From contig CAUYUJ010000120.1 of NCBI GenBank assembly GCA_963575745.1, positions 62,001 through 117,976 of the forward strand: 55,976 nt of DNA, read 5' to 3'. Numbering within the stretch: the first letter of the stretch is position 1; each line of letters begins with the position of its first letter. The notes under the pieces are model-generated. The model was given only the letters and a program-made list of their open reading frames with translations. It ran no database searches and had not been told where the DNA came from. This DNA comes from Prorocentrum cordatum (lineage: Eukaryota). Both the position numbers and the translations under genes were made by a program. Positions 48,351-55,976 of this stretch are shown one piece after another.

Positions 48351-49879
48351 TATGTGTAGGAGGAGGAAGCGGAGGAGGAGGTGGGGGAAGGGGGGGGAGG
48401 AGGAGACAGATGAGGAGGAGGAGGAGGAGGACGATGGTGAGGATACGGGGCAGGAGAAGAGGAGGGAAGAGGAGGATGAGCGAAGTTGGAGGAGGTATGG
48501 CCACGCGACCAATGCGGATGAATATGAAACGCAGGAACCAGGGTGAGTAGGGTGAGTGGGAAAATGAGGAAAATAATCTGGAACAGCAGAGGAGAAGTGC
48601 GTGATAGGGGGCGAGGGGCAAAGAAGATGAGAAGAGTCGGGCGGAGGTTTGATCCTTTGCTCCCGTGCCTCCTTCCACTCTTATCTTTCCGATCGGCTTG
48701 GTGTCTGGCTTGGGTTTGGAGCGGCGTCCTACTTGCTGCTTCTTCTTTCCCTCGCCCCCCTTCCGTTCCCACCTTTCTCTCTCTTTCTCTTTCTCTTTCT
48801 TTCCTATCCCCCTACGCCCTATCTCTTCATTCTCATCTGTTTCTCGCGCGCCTCCTCCTTCCCCCGCCGTTTCGCCCCCCCCCCCCCTCCCCGCGTTCGA
48901 CGCTCTCCTCCTGCCTTCTTCTTCTCTCCCTCCCTCCCTCCCTTCCCCCGGGGCCCCTTCCCTCCTTTCTTCCTGTGCCCCCCTTTCCCCCCTGCCCCCC
49001 CCCCTCTTCCGCCCAGCGTTGTTCCCTTCCCTCCGTCCCCCCCCCTGTTCTCCCTTATTCCCCCTTCCCTTCTTCCCTACACCCCCACCCTTCCCTCCCC
49101 CTTCGCTTTCCCCCACCTCCCCCCCTCTCCTCCCCCTTTCCTCCCTCTCCTCCTGACCTTCCCTCCCGCTGGGGCAGCCTCATTGCGCAGGCCTCCTTGG
49201 GAACGCGCACGGTGCGCTCGGCGACCGTGGCCTCATCGGGCAGCAGCACGGATCGCCGGGGGAGGGCGGCCGAGGAGGAGGGGAGGGTTGGGGGCGGCCA
49301 AGAGGGCGGTGATGACGAGGGGGGGTTGAATATCATGGTGTGGGCCATGATATTTCCTCAGATTTCATGGCGCCTCTCCTTATTTCATTAGGTCCTTGGC
49401 CCCCCCCGGGCCATGATTTGCGCCCCCCCTTCCTGGGCCCCCCCCTCTTGGCCACCCCCGATCACAGGAGGACAAGATACTGATACCGCTGCTCGTCCAG
49501 AGTTTTTGTCGCCGCGGCTTGATTCTCCCCGAATTTCTGGTGAGAACGCGCCCGGGGACAGGTTCATGGAGTACCGGTGCCGGTATTGTTTTGTTTCCGG
49601 GCCCGGACATGCTCGCGTCGGAAGAAATCTCGCCAGACGCTTTTTTTCGGTTTCCGGCCTCTCGGGGCCCTCGCTTTGCCCTGTGACCGTCAAACAACGA
49701 ATCGTGATGAAACGCTAGCCCTGGGGAAAGGGTCGGGACTTCGTGGGACCCTGTATTGGACAAATCAAGACGTCGGATCTTTGGGGAGAGAGGTGGAGAG
49801 TGCGCGGGTGTGGAGGAGGTGGAGGAGGAGGCGGAGAGAAATGGCGGGAGAAGCAGGAGGAGGACGGGAAGTCGGTAAT

Positions 49880-49906
49880 TATGATGATGAAGAAGAAGAA
49901 AAAGAA

Positions 49907-49972
<66 letters not shown>

Positions 49973-50020
49973 GGTGTTGATGACGATGATGATAATGAAC
50001 ATAAGGCTGATGATGCTGAC

Positions 50021-50078
<58 letters not shown>

Positions 50079-50646
50079 ATGTGGTTGTTTTTTTCGTTGA
50101 TCGTGACGATGATGATCTTGACAGTGATTGACCTTGACCGTGATGGTGATGATGATGATGGTGGTGGTGATGATGATGAACATCAGGCTGATGATGACGA
50201 TGATGATGAAGATTATGATGATGTGGTTGTTGTTTTCGTTGATCGTTGATGATGATTTTGACCGTGTTGATTATGATGATGGTGGCTATGACAATGAGGA
50301 CGATGTTGATGATGATTATTATGATCATGATCGTGATGATCGTGATGATTATGCTGATGATGATAATGCTGCTGCTGATGATTATGATGATGATGATGGT
50401 GATGTTGACGGTTGTGATGCTGCTGCTGTTGTGGCTGATGATGGTGTTGTCTATTTTGACGATATAATTCGTGGCGATGTTTGTGATTCTGATGATGTTG
50501 ATGATGATGGTGATGATGCTGATTGCACAAATGATGATATTGATGATGATGATGATCATGCCGATGATGATGCTGATGATGATGAGGATACTGGCTATGA
50601 TGATGATGATGCTGATGGCGATGATGATGCTGATGATGATGATGCC

Positions 50647-50683
<37 letters not shown>

Positions 50684-50887
50684 CTGATGATGTAATAATT
50701 TCCACGACGATGACGATGATGATGACGATGATGATGATGATCATGATGATGATGATGATGATGATGATGATTATGATTATGATGATGATGGTGGTGGTGG
50801 TGGTGATGATAATGGTAATGATGATGATGATGATGCTGATTCTTATGATGATGCTGATGATGATGATGCTGATTATGATGATCATTC

Positions 50888-50934
<47 letters not shown>

Positions 50935-51024
50935 CTTATTATTATTATTATTATTATTAGCATGATTATTATTATTATTATTGTGATTATGATTATTATT
51001 ATTATCATTATTATAATTCGTATA

Positions 51025-51087
<63 letters not shown>

Positions 51088-51118
51088 CTGATGCTGATGC
51101 TGATGCTGATGATGATGC

Positions 51119-51150
<32 letters not shown>

Positions 51151-51167
51151 CATGATGATGATGATGG

Positions 51168-51240
<73 letters not shown>

Positions 51241-51600
51241 AATGACGATTATGGACATGACGGAAATTATGGTTGCTATGCTGGTAATGAGGCTGCTGCT
51301 GCCTCTGATGATGGTGTTGTCAATGCTGCTGCTGATGCTGATGACAGCGATGCGGAGGAGGTGACGATGATGACGGGGATTCTACTGCAGCTGATGATGC
51401 TAATACTGATGCATGCTGATGCTGATGCAGATGCTTCAGTTAATAAGGATGGTGCTGCTTCTGATGTCGAGGGTGGATGATGTATAATAGGGAATCACCA
51501 TCATCATTATTGATGGTGGCGGTGGCGATATCATGGTGATGGTGAAGGTGTTGATAATGGTGATGATGGTGAGGATGGTGGGGAAGATGATGAGGGTGGA
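49880..51600 (+). repeat. Degenerate (GAT)n/(ATT)n microsatellite
   Basis: Seen directly. Confidence 0.97.
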
Positions 51601-51639
51601 GGATGCTTTGCAATATTCCCTTCCATGTCAGCAATGAGC

Positions 51640-54600
51640 AGTCGCGTGCAGCTTCTCGGCCACAGTGGGCCCGCTCGTTGCCCCGCGTCCGCTCGCGGCC
51701 GCCTTGGCGCGCGCCAGGGGGCTGCCATCAGGCGGGCGTCGCGAATGCCACCCTGGACTTCTACGCAGCCACCGCCTTCTCCAACTTCGCCTCGCGTGGG
51801 TGCAGGTTCGCGCGTGGCGGCGCCTGCGCCCCGCCCTTCTTGATTCGGCGTTGGGATCGAGTTTCCGCCGCAGGTGGACGGTCGTTTTGAGAAGGGGGCC
51901 CCGCCCTCTGTCGATGATCCTCAGCACGTGTGTCAGCCCAAAGTGTGTTAAACCCGTTCGGCCTGCGTCGGCCATCGTTGCGCCACGTGCGTCGTATTGA
52001 AGGGCCTCGATGGACCAGCGCACGTTGGCTCTAACACACTTTCTGAGGATCGTCGATTCTGGTGCGGGTGGTCGCTACCACAGTCGCGGCGGCGATCATT
52101 TGGGAGCTGGGCTCTGCGAGCCGTGGCTCCTCTGGCCCCGCCTGCAGCCGCTCGCTTCCGGCTGGGGAGTGGGGTCGTCGCTTTTGCCGCCCTTTTCACT
52201 CGAGCGGGCCTGCCCGCTTGCGGAGCGCTGCCGCGCGCTTCGGCGTGTCTGCCGCCCCCTTGTGGAGGCCCATCTCGCTCTGTGGAGCGTCGCTGGCCCC
52301 CGGGCCCATTCGTCTAGGCTTGTCGGCCAATTCTACCTCTTTCTCGCTGCTGCCGGACTCCCCTCGCTTTCGTGGCCCCTCGCCGATGGACGTCGGGGCG
52401 CCCGAGCTAGAGGCTGTCTCTCGAAGGAGCGTGGGGGGGCGAGGACAAGGAGCTCGCGCGCCAATGCTCCACGCCCTGCGCGGTGGCGCAGGGCCGCTCC
52501 CCCTTGACCTTCGGGCGCAGCCGCTCAGCGGAGGGGCGCCCTTTGCGGCGCAGCCGTCCCCTGCCGCCTGCTTTCGCGCGACAACTTCCGCTGGCGCTCG
52601 CGTGGCTGCGGGCAAAGAGGCCGCCGGCACAAAGGCAACTGCGCTCGGGATGGAGGAGTCGGAGTTGGTGGACCGTTCGTAGTTTCTTGTTCTTACCACT
52701 CCTTCCACTCCCGTCGCCGCTTCGCCCTGGCTCAACTGCCTTGCTGGGCAGCGTAGCGCGTGGTTGCCGCTGGGCGCGAGTCCCCCGCCTCGGGCTCCAG
52801 GGGTGCTGGAGGCGCGCCCTCCAGCGTCGACTGCCTCGTGAGGCCTCGGCCCCCGACGCAGCGGCGGGCCTCGGGCTGCGGCCCATGATTGGGGCCACGT
52901 CGCCGTCGGCGTCTCAAGACAGGCGCCGCCCTGGGGGATCGCCTCCCTCCTGGCCTTTCGCTGGCTGGGGCGGGGGCTGTTGGGCGGGGCGGGGCCCTGC
53001 TCGTTCGGCGGCCTCCGACGAGTTGCTTCGCGCGGTGCCTCCTCCGCCAGCTCTGCTGGCGGACGTTGCGGCTCCTGGCGGTGTCGGGTTGGTTGGCGTG
53101 CGCCCCTCCAGCAATGTTGCGGCCCCGCAGGAAACTTTCGTGCCGCTCCCTCAAGTGCCGCAGTGGCTCGCAAGCTTGGCGCCCCGCCGCGGATCAGTCC
53201 AGGGGCCGCGTCGCCTTCGCGCGCTGGCTTCCGGCCCCCTCCAGGGTTGGAGCCGCGTCCGCTGCCGCGCGCCTGGCGGACCAGCCCGCCGCGGGGCCCT
53301 GATGCTCCGGCGGCGCTGCCCGCGCAATCGATGCATGTCGGAACGATGTGTGGGCCGCAGCTGTCATTGGCACAGGGCGCTAGGGGGGCCCCGCTTCTGC
53401 GGACCCTGCCTCCGGCGCCTAGCCGCGGGGTTGCCGACGAACCCGAACAGCAGTGGGCGGCGGTCTCGGGCGTCGCGTTGCCCGTCCGCGCCTCCAGGGG
53501 GGCCGCCGGCGAGCGGTGCCATCGGCATGGCTCGTGTGAGCCCTCGCGACCTGCCGCGGTCACTCGGGTTCTGCGGGGTCACCCTCGATTCCCTGTCGGG
53601 CCTAGGGCCTAGTGATCCCGACGAGCTCTCGTCGCCAAGTGGTTTCGGGGGCGGTGTCGGCGCGCCGGCTGCTGGTGGGCCATCACCGCGCGGCGGGGGC
53701 GCTCAGGTGCTGGGTGGGCCCTCGAGGCCCCGCCTGCCCGCCAGCGGCGACATTTGCGGCTGATCCGCCTCGCGCCCCTTTCCACGCCGCTCGCGAAGCG
53801 CGCGCGGCGGATGAGCCGCCCCAGGCCGCGCAGGCCCAGGCGAAACGTCGCCTGAGGCAAGCCAGGCAAGCGCCCGGCGCCGCCTGCCCAGGCGGGCTCG
53901 GGACTCGCCCAGGATCTCCAGCCCCTGGCAGCAGTCGGGCACTTTCCTCGGCGCGCTCGCGTGGTCTCGCGCCCCGGGGCTTCGCATTTCCTGCCCGCGA
54001 CCGCGACGTTGGCTCAGCCAGCGGCGCCATTTGCTCAGGCCCTCGCGAACTGGTTGGATCGCTCGGCCCAAGTGGGGACTCCCTGCGCCACGCCGCGCTC
54101 GGTGTCGGCGGTGCCAGCGGGCGCTGCCTGTGGGGCCGACGGGTCTGACGGAGGGTCGAGGCGAGCCCCTTCTCGCCCCTCCGAGCGAGCCCCCGCTTTT
54201 CCTTGTCAGGCGTTGGGTCGGCAGCCCAGGGGGCCCAGCGTCGACGTTGGAGGAGGTATTGCCGGGCCCAGCCATGCCGCGCATTCTGCTTCCAGGCCTC
54301 GACGAGTTCGTCGGGTCAGCCCTCGGCGTGGAGGGCGGTGGGGTCGTCGGGCCGCCGACGGCAGCTGCCGTGCCGCTGACCTTTCAGCCTTCGCTGGTGC
54401 TGCTGCCTCGCCTACGGATGCCCTCTCCCGCGCGGCGTCGGCGGTGGCTCCTGGGCCCCCCTCCCCGGAGATCCGCCGCTCGCGCTTCATTTGGGTCGCG
54501 CGCGAGAAGGCGGCGGCCCTGCCGCGCTGTGAGAGCGCCCCGCTCGCCTCGGTGCCTCCTGCGGTTTGAGCTGCGAACTCTGGTCGTAGGCCCCCCGTCT

Positions 54601-55910
54601 CGGCCTTCGGCTTCCGCCGAGGCTGCCGCGTCTGGCTGGGCGCTCGGGGCGGGGGCAGCCGTGCCCGCCGGCCCAGTCTCTCCTGCCGTCGCTGGCCGCC
54701 CCGAGGTCGAGCGAGGGAGCGTTGGCGGATCTGGCGCGCCGCGCGCGCGCTGGCCCGGCATGCCGTCGCTGCTGTCAATTGGCTCGCGCTGGGCCATCCG
54801 AGTCGTGCCCCCCGCGCGGCTCGCGCGCGCAGATGTCGGTCCTTGCCGGGGAGGGGTCTTCGCTGTCGCCTCGGGCGTCTGCGTCGGATCGCAGTTCGCC
54901 CTGCCCGCGGGGGCAGTGGCGACCTCGGACGGGCCTTTGCCAATTTTGACTCCACCGAAGTCTCGCTCTATGGCCTCGCCTCCCATGTTGCAGCTCTTGA
55001 AGCTTCTCTCGCCTCCTCGTCCCCTGTGCCCACCCCCGTGCGGGGACTTCGTCGCTGCGTCGCCCCTCGCGACGTCCTCGGCGGCCGCGGCGGGCCGGGG
55101 CCCCGCCCGGGCCGGTCTTTCGAGTCCTGGGTGAGGCCTTCGCGTGTCGAGTTGGATCATTTGCCGACGTTCGACCCCCCCGCGCTTCCTCACCCATCCC
55201 GAGGTCCGCGCTGCGTTGCGCGATTCCGAGGCGCTGCGGCCGCCTCGAGAAGGAGTGGCCATCCGAGATGTCAGGAGCGCGGGTCCGCATGGACAGATCC
55301 GAGTCATGGGAAATCATTGCTAAACTGAGCTCCCGCGGCGCGCATTACCTCGCCCCCGCCTCGGACTTCAATTGGGGCGAGGCGTGCGGGGCCTGCAGGG
55401 CCCCAGAGGACGAGGCGCGCGATTGCCTCGCCTCAACCCAGAGGTGATGAACACCATCGCTGTCGGAGCATTCTGGCTAGCACGCAGCGCAGCGCCTCGG
55501 GCAGGATTTCCTCCTCTGCCATCTTGGCCTGGCCCTGGGAGAGTGACTGGTCGTCTCGTTCTTCGATTTGCGCGAGGTCTACTGCTCCTTGAAAGCGCTG
55601 CCGGCCCGTGCGAAGCGGAGCGCTCCGCGCGTGCGGCTTCCCAGCTCGCGCCTCGAGCGTCTCCGTGCGTGGAGGCCCGAGCTGGAAGGCTCGGAGGTTT
55701 CTTCCTGTCTGATTGCTCTGGCCCTGGGATTGCATGTTGCCGACGACATTGCCGATTTTTTTCCTGCTGCAGAGCTTCGGAGCGTTGCTGGTTGCCGTGC
55801 AAGCTGTGCGCCGCGCGCCATTCCCCCGCAGGTCGCTCGCCGATTGGCCGAACATCGACGATCGCGGGCCTCCGGAAACTCTCTGGGAGAGGCGGTGCCC
55901 CCAGGCCCGA
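51640..55910 (-). pseudogene. Very GC-rich decayed coding-like region, possibly LINE ORF1 plus the start of an endonuclease
   Basis: Only weak traces across frames: EQETT (~52676-52690), TRID (~52051-52062), EDHR (~51911-51922), and helical FQGAVDLAQIEERDD..KMAEEEIL near 55500-55590. Confidence 0.25.
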
Positions 55911-55976
55911 CGACCCCGGAGGAAGGAGGAGGAGGAGGAGGAAGGAGGAGGAGGAGGAGGAGGAGGAGGAGGAAAG

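Noticed and set aside
52196..55317. Several 250-450-aa Arg/Ala/Gly/Pro-rich ORFs on both strands
   Set aside because: Expected from stop-codon scarcity at very high GC; no recognisable domain.

Overview
Eukaryotic, repeat-dominated window. It is almost certainly dinoflagellate nuclear DNA: dinoflagellate spliced-leader (DinoSL, DCCGTAGCCATTTTGGCTCAAG) relics occur at 3607-3642 (-) and 19077-19106 (+). The GC-rich, GAT/GTA/GTC/GGA-microsatellite-rich style suggests a Prorocentrum-like genome (inference). Contents: (1) a frameshifted LINE (ORF1, AP-endonuclease, RT; minus strand, running off the left edge) whose 5' end is a near-full DinoSL plus a second relic; (2) a 3.6-12.2 kb cluster of non-autonomous elements with Helentron/HINE-like architecture (subterminal inverted repeats, terminal hairpins, ~175-bp internal tandem arrays), with a second unrelated family of the same design at 36.4-37.4 kb; (3) two decayed Ty1/copia elements; (4) an intact intronless EI24/CysZ-family retrogene with tandem SL relics; (5) a 1.39-kb retroposed ORF with a 19-bp target-site duplication and A-tail inside a GTA array; (6) a decayed DIRS-like remnant and several LINE/RNase H fragments; (7) large microsatellites and a 100-N gap. 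Most ORF-track ORFs are shadows of repeats. All motif calls were made by eye, with no database searches.
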